Source: the human T2T-CHM13v2.0 reference genome, Homo sapiens. Taken from it: a stretch of DNA of 64,000 nt. The position numbers were made by a program, and so were the translations under genes. The notes under the pieces are model-generated. The model had not been told where the DNA came from, ran no database searches, and worked only from the letters and a program-made list of their open reading frames with translations. The DNA is taken from assembly GCF_009914755.1 (NCBI RefSeq), contig NC_060937.1, one strand, 5' to 3'. Of the stretch, positions 1 through 12,050 are shown one piece after another; the first letter of the stretch is position 1; the number at the start of each line of letters is the position of its first letter.

Positions 1-183
1 TGCTCCCTCTTTTGCTCTGTGACATGCCTACTCCTGCTTTACCTTCCGCCATGAGTAAAGGCAAGCAGATACCGGCACCATCCTTCCTGTACAGCCTGCA
101 GAACTGCGAGCCAATTAAACCTCTTTTCTTTATAAATTACCCCCGGGCATTTATTTATAGCAACACAAGAATGGACTAACACA
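1..183 (+). mobile_element. MST-family (ERVL-MaLR) LTR, 3' part cut by window edge
   Basis: ccttccgccatga...cttcctgtacagcctgcagaactg..agccaattaaacctcttttctttataaattaccc...atggactaacaca matches the MST 3' end. Confidence 0.85.
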
Positions 184-204
184 ACCTCTCTCATAGCTAG
201 TTGT

Positions 205-310
205 CCAACCTTTGCTTGAAAATATCCAGTGACAGGGAGCTCATTACTTAATGATGCAGCTCACTGTATTTGAAGACTGTTTTGTTGTTATTATTTCATA
301 ATTCTGTCTC
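205..310 (-). mobile_element. Possible L3/CR1 fragment
   Basis: tgcttgaaaatatccagtgacagggagctcattac resembles the L3 conserved block. Confidence 0.4.
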
Positions 311-739
311 ATAGCTAGAAATTCTAACTGATTTCATTGTTGGGGTCTGGTTAATTAAGGCTTTCCTCTGTAATTTTTTTTATGCACAGATAATCATTCT
401 AAGGCATTTTAGTAATTCACACCCTTATTTTATGCCCTTTCTGGGTAGGGATGAGGGTGGATATATTACCCCACCACTTTCATTTATACATCTTAATGAT
501 ATATAAAACACCTAAAAGGTGACAGTGAGTTACCATAGGCAATTAAACAGATAATATTGTGGTTCATGAGATGCAGAACTGAGGTGGGTAGGCAGAGAAA
601 AGAAGGGGCAGATGCATATATCGAGGGCCTACTTTTTGCTAAACCCATCATATATTTTTTCCATATTCGACTCTTACAAAAATCAAACTTAGGTGCAATT
701 ATCTTGAAGTCCAGATGCATTAAGAAAATAGTGTAAAAC

Positions 740-810
740 TTAACAGCTAGCAAGTAGTGGAGTTGGGATTTTAACCCAGATTAGATTCTGAAATCCGAGT
801 TCTTTCTTCT
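740..810 (-). mobile_element. MIR fragment
   Basis: acagctagcaagtagtggagttgggattttaacccag is the reverse complement of the MIR core. Confidence 0.55.
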
Positions 811-949
811 TTCTTCCACTTCAGAAGGAAATTTTCAGTCCTTCGACTGGCGACCACTGACATCATTATTATGGCATTGTTGTAATAATACATAGAATCC
901 TGCAGTCAATAATGTCTGCTTAAAAATTTCCTCTTCCTGCCTCTTTTGG

Positions 950-1060
950 CTTATCTGCAAAATGGACATAATAATCACAGCTATTTCACAGGCTTTTTAT
1001 GAAGAGTAAAAAAGCAATGATAAGTTATGTCCTCAGTGTCTTTCTGGCACATAGTTAGCC
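950..1060 (+). mobile_element. MIR fragment
   Basis: tctgcaaaatggacataataat...ctggcacatagt. Confidence 0.6.
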
Positions 1061-2081
1061 TGGGATTTCTGTTAACTTTGTATGATTATTTATGCCATGC
1101 CGTGTCCCTCACTGAGTAAAATTAGAAAGCACAAAATCACATATAGCTGAAAGAAGATCTAAAGAAAAAAATTCATGTGTTAAAATGTCTTAAATCTCTT
1201 TTCTGCCTCGGAACTGCATTGGATTGAATTATGATATCGGGGGCAGGGGCTGGGCATGGGGGTGGGAGGCAGTGGAAGTGGAGGAGAAGACACCATCTAG
1301 TTGCTTCTAGGCTAAGGAGGACCCTGGAGGGTATCTCCACTCTGTAGTTTAGCACTCTGGATATGTGGATATCAGAGAAAAAGAGCCCAGTTGATAGGCA
1401 CACCAGGCCAGTTCAAAGGCATCACCGTGGCACCAGTTTTATCCTCTTTCTATTCATGACCCTCTGATTCAGGAAACAAATCCATTAAACCAAACAGGAT
1501 TAAGCTGCAAAGCCCAGCTTGTGATGTGGTTGTCAGGCAGCAGTTTCCCTGCTGGTGTTAACGGGCTGTGGTGCAGAATCCTAACCTCAGGCTGTCCTAC
1601 CACCCGGGCAAGCGTGAGGCCGAGGGCCAAGGAACACCACACACTTCCCTAATGTGTCACAATTACGGAGACAACTGTGCTAAGTAATCTTCCACGGATC
1701 TGCTCTGAAAACTTGCAGTGTGTTCAACAGCCCTCAAAATTTTTCATTTGGAACCTGTGGTGAGGTGGTCTGGTGGCGGTTATACTGAGCTGTGCTAGAA
1801 TAAATACAGTCACCTCCAGAGATGTTTTTCCTCCCCTTTGGAGTGTATAGTTTGTAAAAGAATTTGGGTTCCTTTTCAGCATCATTTGTATCTCAATTTA
1901 GCACATTGAAAGAGGAGGAAGAGAGGTTGCAAAGATAGCACAAGTGCTAGTGGCTGCAGAACCGGATCTTGTACATTGCTAAGAATCAGGCGTCTGCCTC
2001 GCTGGGAACAACACTTTGCATTTACAAAGCAGCAGCCTGTCCAGGCATTCTGAGAAGGCTGCTTACACGAGTTATCCCATT

Positions 2082-2102
2082 AGCGCTGTCAGTGGTGCTG
2101 GG
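2082..2102 (-). promoter_or_regulatory. REST/RE1-like motif
   Basis: Minus strand CCCAGCACCACTGACAGCGCT vs RE1 TTCAGCACCACGGACAGCGCC, 17/21 match with canonical spacing. Confidence 0.45.
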
Positions 2103-5009
2103 CGAGGTGCCCAGTGGCAAACACAGCAGGTAATGGAGCAGGGAATGTGACTTATCTCCAGGGGCATCCTCAGTAGGACTCGAAAGTCCCTCACTTGTTG
2201 TTTCTGGAGAGTAGCGATTTAGAGCACAGAGCGCTACAGAGAAGCACTCATTATTTACCCAGGATACAATCCGGAAGTTAACCCAGATCTGCAAGATGCC
2301 TCCTGTTATTAGCAGGAGCACCACTTCTCAAGTCCCAGCTTTGCACTTCAGAAATAGGTGACAATGAGATCAAAGAAAGGTGGAGGCTGCAATTCATCAT
2401 GCTTCCAGGGGAATGCATATCAACACTTCTCTTTCAGGTGACAGGGAAAGGGTATTAATGATGGCCTCATTCTCTCTGGGAGACCCACATTCCAGTTAAT
2501 AAGGTATAGCTAGGCCAAAGCCAGTGGAGAAGGCTGTAAATGAAGTGGGCTGAGCACGAATGGGCAGGTGAGGAATTATTTAACAGGAGTTCAAGAATAG
2601 GCTGAGTTTCTCTAGGTTACTGTAGGAAAGCAAAGTTCTCTCCTATTTACTCAGGTGCCAGAAATGATTTCTTTAGTTTCAGGACCTGCTTTGTCTTTTG
2701 GAAGGCACCCTGGTTGGTTTATCACAGCGGGTAGAGGGAACTTCACTCAGTGGGTTGGTGTTCCCTCGAGGGGCCATAGGTTTTGGGCTGCCCTTTCTTG
2801 AGGGCAGGGATAGAAGTGTTGCTGATGTGCAAAAACTTATACCAGACTGCTTTGGGATGGGCGTTAGACCCTCAGGAATTAAAAGGCCACCAATGTCATC
2901 TCTGTGGCCCCAGTCTCCCTTTGCAGCTTACTTTCCAGATGCTTCCTCCATTCAGTGACCTGTACTCTTCTTGCCATGGGTGCCGTGGTCTTCAAACACT
3001 CTGTGCTTCCTCATGTCTCCTGCCTTTGCTTGTGCAGATCTGGCTCTATCTGTCTGCAGGCGGAGGTCCCCCTCCCTTCCCTACCTAACCATCTCTGTTA
3101 GTCTTTCCCCAACCCACAGGCAGGCTCAGTCGTGGAAACATCCCCGTGACACTTTGAGCTTACCTGGCTTGCCCTGCCTTTCACAACGTGCGACAATTAT
3201 TTATTTTCTTCTCTATCTATTCCATTACCTTGTTAACTCCTCTAGAGAAGAACCCATGTCTTATTTATTTTTACAACCTCAGGGCCTCGAGAGAGTAGAC
3301 ATTTACCGAAAGTTTCCCAAAAGAAATGAATGGAGTCGCTTGTGCGCCGGGTGTGGGTCCTGGCAGCGGTCCTATTGTGCTGTGTATCTTTAATGAAGCT
3401 ATAACATGTCTCCATTCCAGCTTCTCATCTGTTAAAAAAGAAACAGGTATGAGAATAGTACAGATCTACCTTAAGGGACCTTGTATGAATTAGCAAACTA
3501 GAGAATTATGCAGACGTCCATTTTAATGGCTGACAAACCTGAAGATGTAGTTGAGCTTATGATTGGGAACCAGCCAGGCTGCTTCAACCCACTTAAGCAT
3601 AGATAATCAAATGCACAGCTTCTCTGACAGCTGCTGATCACAGACACTATTAAAGAAAGAAATGGTCATAATACAGGTGACAAAGAGAGAGGCAAGCCTT
3701 CTGAGTGGCAACTTAGTACCACTAGGAAAGTGACAAAGCTTCAGAGGCCTCTCCCCAAAGCAAGGCCAACTGCTACCCTTTGCTGGAGGTGAGGGCTGTT
3801 GGAAACGAGCGGGCTTATGTAGACAATCATTTACATTTTACTAAAAATAATTGGAGTTTACAGACATTTCTTGCAAACATGCAACTGTCAGGCCTGGATG
3901 GAAAAGAAACATTTTTCTCAAATTGTGAGAAATTCTAACGTCGTAGCAAAAAATCAGGAGTCTGATGATTAAATGTGGAGAGCTGTCATCTTGGCATTAT
4001 ATTAAAATAACTTGCTTCCAGCAAGTGCACAGTATTTCTTCTTTCAAATCTGTCAGTTCTCGGGAGGCCATAGCTTCGGTTGGCTGCACCGGTGGCTTTG
4101 TAGCCATGGCAGTTTAACAGCAACAGGGACACTGGGAGGCTTTCTGGGGGCAGGAGCGGGGGCGATTTGGGAGGGGTCTCACTAAGCACTGTGCGGCTGC
4201 AGCAAATCATTTGCCGACCTATTTCTTCTTGACTTAGTGGGGCCCTTTGGAATCTGAAACTTTAAACAGAACACTAGCAGATAAATTATTTTCAGTAGTG
4301 CTCCTCAGACAGCGATGTCAGGCTGTGGGCAGAATGAACTGCATTTGTTTATGAAATCCGTTGCTTAATAGGACAATCAGTGTCTCATTTCAGCCTCTAG
4401 TCATGATAGTTTTAATGATGTCCATACTGTGCTGCTTTTACATGCAAACCAAGTGGGAGCAGAACAATGGGAAAAAAAACCTAAATCGGCAGAAGAGAGA
4501 AGAGCGATGCTGTGTCAGGGACCACGTCTCCTGCTCTGTCGAATAGAGCAGATGTGTCTCTGCACTGTCTGTTTCCTCTCGCTTTGGCTCAAGAGGCCAT
4601 TTAACCTCTTTCCCTAGTCAAATGCTTCCCAAGGATCCCAGGTAGCCCCTCCTGTTTCTCTGCTTTCCTGATATGTGCTGTATAATATAGCAAAAAAAAA
4701 TTTTTTTTACAACAGTAACACCACAATTTGCATTATCTTTTTGGCTTTTGAAGGCACATTCACATCTATATCTCACAAATTCCTAACAAAAGAGAGGCAG
4801 AGTGGACTTTACAGCAGTGAAGTCTTATATTTGCCAGACTTTCATGGTGTGTAAGGCCTGTCTGTCCATATTGTGTAATTAGTTTGGTTGTGATTGTTAT
4901 GTTGGTTATCCCCATTACATAGGCAAGCAAAGTAACGTAGAGGAGACAGCATGACAAATTATTAAGAACAGGAAATTTTGGGATCAATTCTGTTTTGTTG
5001 CTTATTTTT

Positions 5010-5170
5010 ATGTGATCTTGGGCCAGCTACTTAACCTGCCAGAACTTTAATTTCTTCTCTAAAATAAGGACAATAATAACTTCCTTTGAGGTTATTGTGA
5101 GGATTAAATGCAATAATATACATGTAAAGCATTCAGTACAGAAGGTGTTCAATAATTGTTAGTTATTATT
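5010..5170 (+). mobile_element. MIR
   Basis: tgtgatcttgggccagctacttaacct...gttattgtgaggattaaatg...aataattgttagttattatt. Confidence 0.8.
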
Positions 5171-6129
5171 AGTGGTAGTATTGCAGAAATAAAGATTATG
5201 AGCCTTGGCTGAAGGCACCATGGTAAGGGCTGGAGTTATACATACCTGGTTACTGGAGAGTCAGGTCTCCTGAGTTTTCATCACATTCTGCCCTGCCCTT
5301 GCTGTCTGTCTTAATGCTTAAGGGGTGTGCAGATTTTCCACCTTTCAGCAATTCCAGATACAGACTGTGAGGATATAAAAAGCAAGTGAAGAGCCTGCAG
5401 AAACGCAGGTGCAGCTTGGGGTCTCTTTGCCAAAAGTGCAGTATTTCTTCAAAAGCCCTTAAATGTCACTTCTCCTTGCTCAGTCTGGCTGGAAACGCCC
5501 CCACCATTGCCTTTCAGCCCAGGGGTGACATTGCCTGAGCCATGTGTGTCTGAAAGAGGGATTCACCTTGACCTTCCTCTTTCCCAGAAGAAGAAACAAC
5601 ACAAATGAGGTCATCAAAAACATCACAGTTCCTCCCACTCAGCACCTCTCAAGTGCCTCATCCTGACCCCCCATCGATCAGCCATAAAACATAAAATCAA
5701 CAGAGTTCTGCTTTTCTATTTCATGCAGAAAAATCAACATTGACCAGCATTGTCAGCCAAGCTTACAGAAATATACAGTAAAAATGGGCGTGCCCACAGA
5801 CTTCCCTCTCAGATCCTCTTAAGCCTCTCCTTTGTCCTGGTCTCAGGTGACAGCTGTGGAGCAGAGCAAAATCCTGCTGCTAAGTACTAAGTGGGAGAAG
5901 CGTTCATCTTTGTCCCTGCACAGAGGGTGCTTCCAGCGAGTTGGTGACTGACAGCCCGAATAAGCAGTTATTTCTCCAGGCTCAGGTGCGAGAGACACAT
6001 GTAACCCAGTGCCTGACCTTATGCAGCTGAGCTTGGCATTCTGGAGCCAGCTTGCTGCCACTATTACCTGTTAAGGTTAAAATATTGTTGAGCTGATTGA
6101 TGATGAAGCTCTGATCATGCTACTCTCCC

Positions 6130-6960
6130 CCTGAAATAATTTTTGAGTGTGCTCCAAGTCCTATAGAATCAGGTCCAAATTCCTTATTCTGGTGTTCATG
6201 GCTTATTATGATCTGACCCCAGTCTCCCTTCCTAGCTGTGTCTCTTTTTACCAGGGTTCATGACTCCTGTGATACAGACAAGCTGAAACATTCTCTGAAT
6301 CTGCCCCCACAGTCTCTCACCTTTCAGTTGACACTTAGGTTTTTCCTTCCCCTGGTATGCTCTTTTCCTTGACTGTTCATGTCTGAGTCCTATCTACCCT
6401 TCAAGCACCATTGATATACTACCTCCTCCGTGAAGAGCTACCTGTTTCCTCCGGCTATGGCAAGTTTTCCCTTCTCTCAAATCCCTTAGCTCCTCATGCA
6501 TATCCTTCTCAGGACAGTTATGCCTTCTTCCTAGTATTATGTATATTAAGTATTATGAGTTTTGTATACATTCTATTTTTTTTTTTTTTGAGACAGAGTC
6601 TTGCTCTGTCGCCCAGGCTGGAGTGCAGTGGTGCAATCTTGGCTCACTGCAAGCTCTGCCTCCCGAGTTCATGCCATTCTCCTGCCTCAGCCTCCTGAGT
6701 AGCTGGGACTACAGGTGCCCGCCACCACGCCCGGCTAATTATTTGTATTTTTAGTAGAGACGGGGTTTCACCGTGTTAGCCAGGATGGTCTTGATCTCCT
6801 GACCTCATGATCTGCCCGCCTCGGCCTCCCAAAGTGCTGGGATTACAGGCGTGAGCCACCGCACCTGGCCTATATTTTTTAATAGACTCTGAGCTCCTTG
6901 CAGGCAGGAGCTACATCTTTTTATTTTATGAATCACTATCATTTAGCCCAGGATCCCTGA
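6130..6960 (+). mobile_element. Degenerate L2 3' region, interrupted by AluY
   Basis: ctatagaatcaggtccaaattcctta...atgatctgaccc before the Alu; tagactctgagctccttgcaggcagg (L2 3' motif) after it. Confidence 0.55.
6576..6870 (-). mobile_element. AluY, full length
   Basis: PolyT then gagacagagtcttgctctgtcgccc; Y diagnostics gcaagctc, gccattctcc, ccgtgttagccaggatggtc. Confidence 0.95.
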
Positions 6961-7221
6961 TCCCCACAGAACGAACTTAGAGCTTGTTATTAAGTGAATA
7001 GATGCTCCTTTCTATTCATTTAATGAGAGCTTCACATGGGTTGAGAGAGGACTCATGTTTGTGGCGATGCATGGGTAGAACCAAGGTCTGCTCTGATTGC
7101 TTCATGCCTGGTTGGCTGTCACCCCCAAGTTGAGGGATTCGCTCAATATGATTTCCTAGACTGTTTTTAAGGAGATGACTTGTATGTCACACTTCCATAT
7201 CAGCAAGGAATCTAGTTGTCA

Positions 7222-7250
7222 TACACACACAGACACACACACAAGCACAC
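7222..7250. repeat. Imperfect (CA)n
   Basis: tacacacacagacacacacacaagcacac. Confidence 0.7.
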
Positions 7251-8639
7251 TCTTACATGTAAATAATTTGGCCAAATTCTCTTTAAAATAATCTGCTCCT
7301 ATCTCCTTGGTACAACTGTGGCTGTTAGTGAGAAAAGAATTCATGAGCAACATTCAGAAGGCATTATTAGTAATTTCAACTCTTCATATTGACTCTCGAA
7401 TATATATTGAGACAGAATAATGTATTGTGGGCCAAAAAGATCAGAGTAAGTCATTATCCTTACAGGGGAACCTACTTGTTATAAACAGTTTTCTCAGGAA
7501 TTGGCCTTTCAGAACATGAAGAGTGGTTAATGATTGTCACCTTCTCCTCTACCACCACAAACAAGAGCCAGCATGTCTTCTCCAAATAAGCTTTGATTAT
7601 TAACTATTCACGGCATCCATTAAATATTCTCCTGGACATACAGGTTGCCACTCAGAAGTCTGAGTGTGTTACATATTTTCTAATTTTTACTGCCAGTAAA
7701 GCTTTACCTCTGTGTTGTTATTTTTTAAAGTGAAATAATTCATTAGAATACAACTTCTTGTGGCAACCCATAAACATAGCTTTGTTTAAGGAATATGAAC
7801 TCAGTCGTCTCTAGGAAGCTGTTATTTGTGCCACGCCAGGGCTGTTCTCTACTTGCATATTTGCAGGTGGAGGAAGTTTGCCTGCATATCGAAATGATAT
7901 ATATTTCCACTTTGTTAGTGAAATATCACCAAAGTTCAGCAGTGAGCCTGTAGGTTATGCTGACTACTGATTCCCTTGCACCAAAAAGCAACTGGAGCAA
8001 AAGAGCATCAGAGATGACCTTTAGCTAAAGAGTTGCAAGTTATATTACTTGTCATCTCTGCTTAAACACCAAGCACCAGGCACGGGGTAGAATACAGAAA
8101 AGAATCCTTCCCACCATCAAGCCACTACCACCTGAAGCACGAAGGAGAGAACAAGGAGAGATCACCTCCTAAGCGCTGGTGTTAGAACATCCGTTCTCCT
8201 CCTCCTTGCCCCAAAGCAGTGCTTTTTATTTTCATTTCCATGCTAACAAGGTAGACCTATCCTAGCGTGTGTTCTGAAGAGGTTCTTTCATGCTCAGGGC
8301 CTGGGGAGCTTTAACATAGTTAGATGTACTCTAACAGCAGGTTGCCATCAAAAAATTCTATAATAGGATTAAAATAAAAGAGAAATGCACTTGCAGTAGG
8401 ATGGCAATGATTATTTAACACATTTCAAGTGCTTGGTGGGAAGATGCAGCACAAACAGCAGACAGACCTGCTGTGTGGGTGTGTTGCCTTCTTAACAATC
8501 AAGGTTTTATGTTATGATCATGGATTTTTGGAGCTGAGCTTTGGAGAATATCCAAAAGCTGCACAACAAGGTGCTGGGAGAGGGCTTTCTTGCTATCCAA
8601 GATGATCATATGGATTTGTACTCACTGTCCAGCCACTCC

Positions 8640-8860
8640 GCCTAGAATGTGAGCTCCAGGAGAGTGAGGGTTCTGCCTTGTTTATTTCTCAATTCCCAGC
8701 ATCTAGAACTATCCCTGGTGCATACTAGATGGTCAGTGAATATGTGTTATCTGAAAAAAGTGTCCCAAGCATGGGCTCTGGAGTCAGATAGTAAAGCATA
8801 CCCTTGAACAAGTTTCTTAAGAATCCTAAGTGCCAGTTTTTCATCCTTAAACTACAGTTG
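8640..8860 (+). mobile_element. L2 3' end followed by MIR fragment
   Basis: cctagaatgtgagctccagg...cccagcatctagaac; then catgggctctggagtcaga...ccttgaacaagtttcttaa. Confidence 0.65.
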
Positions 8861-9419
8861 ACTTTCCAGTGTTCTTGGGAGGGCGTCTAAAGCAACTAAA
8901 GCTATTTTTGTATCTGGCAGGCTGCGTTTCATGGACAGCTGTTTGGGCTGGATGTGTTGGTAAAAACTCAGCTTTAAGAGCTGCAGTGGTATGACGCTTC
9001 TGGAGGGCTCTGCTTCATGTCTCACTAGAAAGCTTCAGTATCTGCGGCCTCTGGAGAGATAGCAGGTGGTGGTGGTATCAGGAGGAAAGAGAGATCCTTA
9101 GGATATGCCCAGAGGTGGCTCTGGAATGAGCCAGCTGAACCAAGTCCCTGAAACTCACAGCATCAGTGTCATCCTGGAAGACAGGAAGGGAGATCTTAAT
9201 GTAGCACTTATTTCTGGCACCTAGAGAGGGGGCACTCAGGGTCATCGAATGGCTTGGTGTCATCAAAATCTACTTGTCTTGAAATACTAGTTCTTTTAAG
9301 CCTATATTCTGCCATCTCATAGTCAGGTCCCCTAACTCCAGCAATTAGCTCCACTCATGTTTGCATCTGCAAGCTTTCCACTATTTTTATGCTGTTTTAC
9401 TTGGGTCAATGTGTTTCCA

Positions 9420-9800
9420 ATTCTCCATTTGCCCCACCCCACCAGATCACTTTTTGTCCCTTCTCCACCCTGCTCTGTGCTCCAGGAGATGGGGTTCCCA
9501 ACAATGCATTGCCTCACTCTCTTGCCCTTTGGTTTCCAGTTTGGTTCTGTTAATGGGAGGCATGGGCAAGAGATCAGAAGTTAGAAGAGATAGGTCAGGA
9601 GTTTTCTTTCCTACTGACTCCCTGTTTTGACATCATGGTCTGGCAATGGCTTTATCCCTCTGCAACCACAGCTTCTGCCTGAAGGTTTTGCTTCAAGTTA
9701 TCATCTCTCATTGGGCACTGGTAACACTATTTCCTGCCATTGCCCCTTCGGACCAAGGGATAATAAGGGCTTCCTACTGCCATCGGTCTCTGATGTTGTT
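9420..9800. mobile_element. Old ERVL LTR (LTR33-like)
   Basis: cttgccctttggtttccagtttggttctgttaatgggaggcatgggcaagagatcagaag resembles LTR33; boundaries approximate. Confidence 0.55.
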
Positions 9801-10044
9801 ATGGCATCAGTGCCATGCCACTTGTTATGGTCCTATTAACTGTGTCCAGATCACTAAAAACCACCTCATCATCAAGTCTCTTCATATGAAATATCTGAAT
9901 GAAATTCTGTTGTCAGCTAGGACACTCTGCAATTGTGCCCATCTTAAAGAAACTATGAGCTACCATCCTTTCTCTCTCCTCTTCTTCACAGCAAACTTCT
10001 TAAAAGTGTCCTCTAGACTTTTATGATGTCCTCCTCAATTCCAC

Positions 10045-10613
10045 TGTATTAGCCAGGGTTCTCCAGAGGGACAGAACAAATAGGACATATAAAAGAGAGT
10101 TGATTAGGAAGAATTGGCTCACAGGATTACAAGGTGAAGTCCCACAATAGGCCATCTGCAAGCTGGGGAAGGAGAGAAGCTGGTAGTGTGACTCAGTCCA
10201 AGTCTAAAAGCCTTGAAGCCAGGGAAGCCAATCGTGCAGCCTTCAGTCTGAGGTCGAAGGCCTGAGAGCTCCCTGGAGGGCACTGGTGTAAGTCCCAGAG
10301 TCTCAAGGCCAAAGAACCTGGAGTCTGATGTCCAAGGGCAGGAGGAGAGGAAGCAAGAGTCTGACACAGGGAGAGAGAGTGCAAGCAGACTCAGTAAGTC
10401 GCTTATCCCCTTTCTTCTGCCTGCTTTGTTCTGGTATGCTGGCAGCCTGTGGGATGGTACACTCTCACTGAGGGTGGGTCTTCCTCTCCCAGTCCACTGA
10501 CGCAAATGTCAGTCTCCTCTGGCAACACCCTCATAGACACATCCAGAAACAATACTTTACCAGCCATCCAGCCATGCCTCAATCCAGTCAAGTTGATGCC
10601 TTGGGCAATCACG
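10045..10613 (-). mobile_element. MLT2B-type (ERVL) solo LTR
   Basis: tgtattagccagggttctccagagggacagaac...ggcaacaccctcatagacacatccagaaacaatactttaccagc...caagttga. Confidence 0.88.
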
Positions 10614-10699
10614 GGTTCACCAAACCCTGGCTCTCCACTCTCTGAGAAATCCTACCCACCTCCAGTACGTTCTGCTGTCTCCCACAGGCTTATGATCAT

Positions 10700-10805
10700 C
10701 AGATTCATTCATTTGTTCAACAGATACTCATTGAGCTTCTAATAGGTGCCCAGCACTGTTCTAGGCTTGGGATGTGCTGGTGAACAAAACAGTTATGGAG
10801 CTCAG
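10700..10805 (-). mobile_element. L2 3' end
   Basis: attcattcatttgttcaacagatactcattgagc...cagcactgttctagg. Confidence 0.75.
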
Positions 10806-10869
10806 GCTTTTATGGGATCAAATCTGTGCTATAAGCCTCTCACAGGATCTTCAGAGTTGTAATTGCAGT

Positions 10870-12050
10870 TGCCTGCCAGACATCCCCAAAGCTCCATCAG
10901 TGCAGCACCTCTGAACCCAAATTCATTATTACGTGAACCCAAAACTGTTCTCTCTCTCTGAAGGTATGGCACCATCACCCCCTAGTTTTATGTAAGTTAA
11001 CCATCTTGCCCTTAACTTTCATCTCCAATAAGATTTTTTCGATTTTGCTTTGGACTTTGCTCCTAAAACTCTCTTTTATTCACTATTTCTAATTCTTTGT
11101 CTAAGGTTAAAGATCTTATCATTTCTCACCTGGACCATTGGAATAGCCTCTTACTGGTCTACTGGCCCCCAGCTTGTCACTCTGATATGGTTTGGCTCTC
11201 TGTCCCCACCCAAATCTCATCTTGTAGCTCCCATAATTACTGTGCATTGTGGGTGGGACTAGTGGGAGATAATTGAATCATGGCAGTGGATCTTTCCTGT
11301 GCTGTTCTCGTGATAGTGAATAAGTCTCACGAGATCTGATGGTTTTAAAAATTGGAGTTTCCCTGCATATGCTCTCTCTCTTTGCCTGCTGCCATCCATG
11401 TAAGACGTGACATGCTCCTCCTTGCCTTCCGCCATGATTATGAGGCTTCCTCAGCCATGTGGAACTGTAAGTCCATTAAACTTCTTTCTTTTGTAAATTG
11501 CCCAGTCTCTGGCATGTCTTCATCAGCAGCGTGAAAATGGATTAATACACACTCCAAGCCTTTCTCATTACTACTGCCAAAGTTAATCTCAAATATACTT
11601 TCCTGCTTGAAGAATTCTGCCAGCTCCCTATTGCCACACTTTTTTGTAAGATATTTAGTTTCTAGCTGAGAGGGACCACTGGTTTCTGCAGGCCTCACCC
11701 ATCACATCAACTCAGGCTTCTTCTGCCTCAGCTCTCCAGACCTGCATGAGTGCCCTGGCCTCTCTGCCTTTGCACATGTACTTTTCCTGAGTTGTTAGCA
11801 CCTCCATCCCTCCCTTTTTAAAATTCAAGGCCTTATTGATGACACCTTCTCTGTGATATTTTCTCTGACTCTTTCCAGAAAAGTTAGTTACTCCATCCTT
11901 TTCACTCCCATACTTCTTTGTTCTTTCCACTTGCCAATTTGTTGTACAGTTAGTTATAAAAGTGTTGATTCTCCTTCTAGCCTGAGAGCCCTTTGAATCC
12001 AGGAGACATTTTGAATCCTTGGTGTTTAGCACTGTTTGGCATAGAAGAAT
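10870..12050 (+). mobile_element. Degenerate L2, split by THE1A
   Basis: tcatttctcacctggaccattggaatagcctcttactggtct before; cctttgcacatg...ctagcctgagagccctttga after. Confidence 0.55.
11183..11549 (+). mobile_element. THE1A solo LTR with 5-bp TSD
   Basis: TGATATGGTTTGG...TAATACA; THE1A-type gctgccatccatgtaag and ttttgtaaattgcccag; TSD CACTC at 11178-11182 and 11550-11554. Confidence 0.93.

Noticed and set aside
8930-8941. CATGGACAGCTG RE1 half-site
   Set aside because: Left half (CAGCACC) absent.
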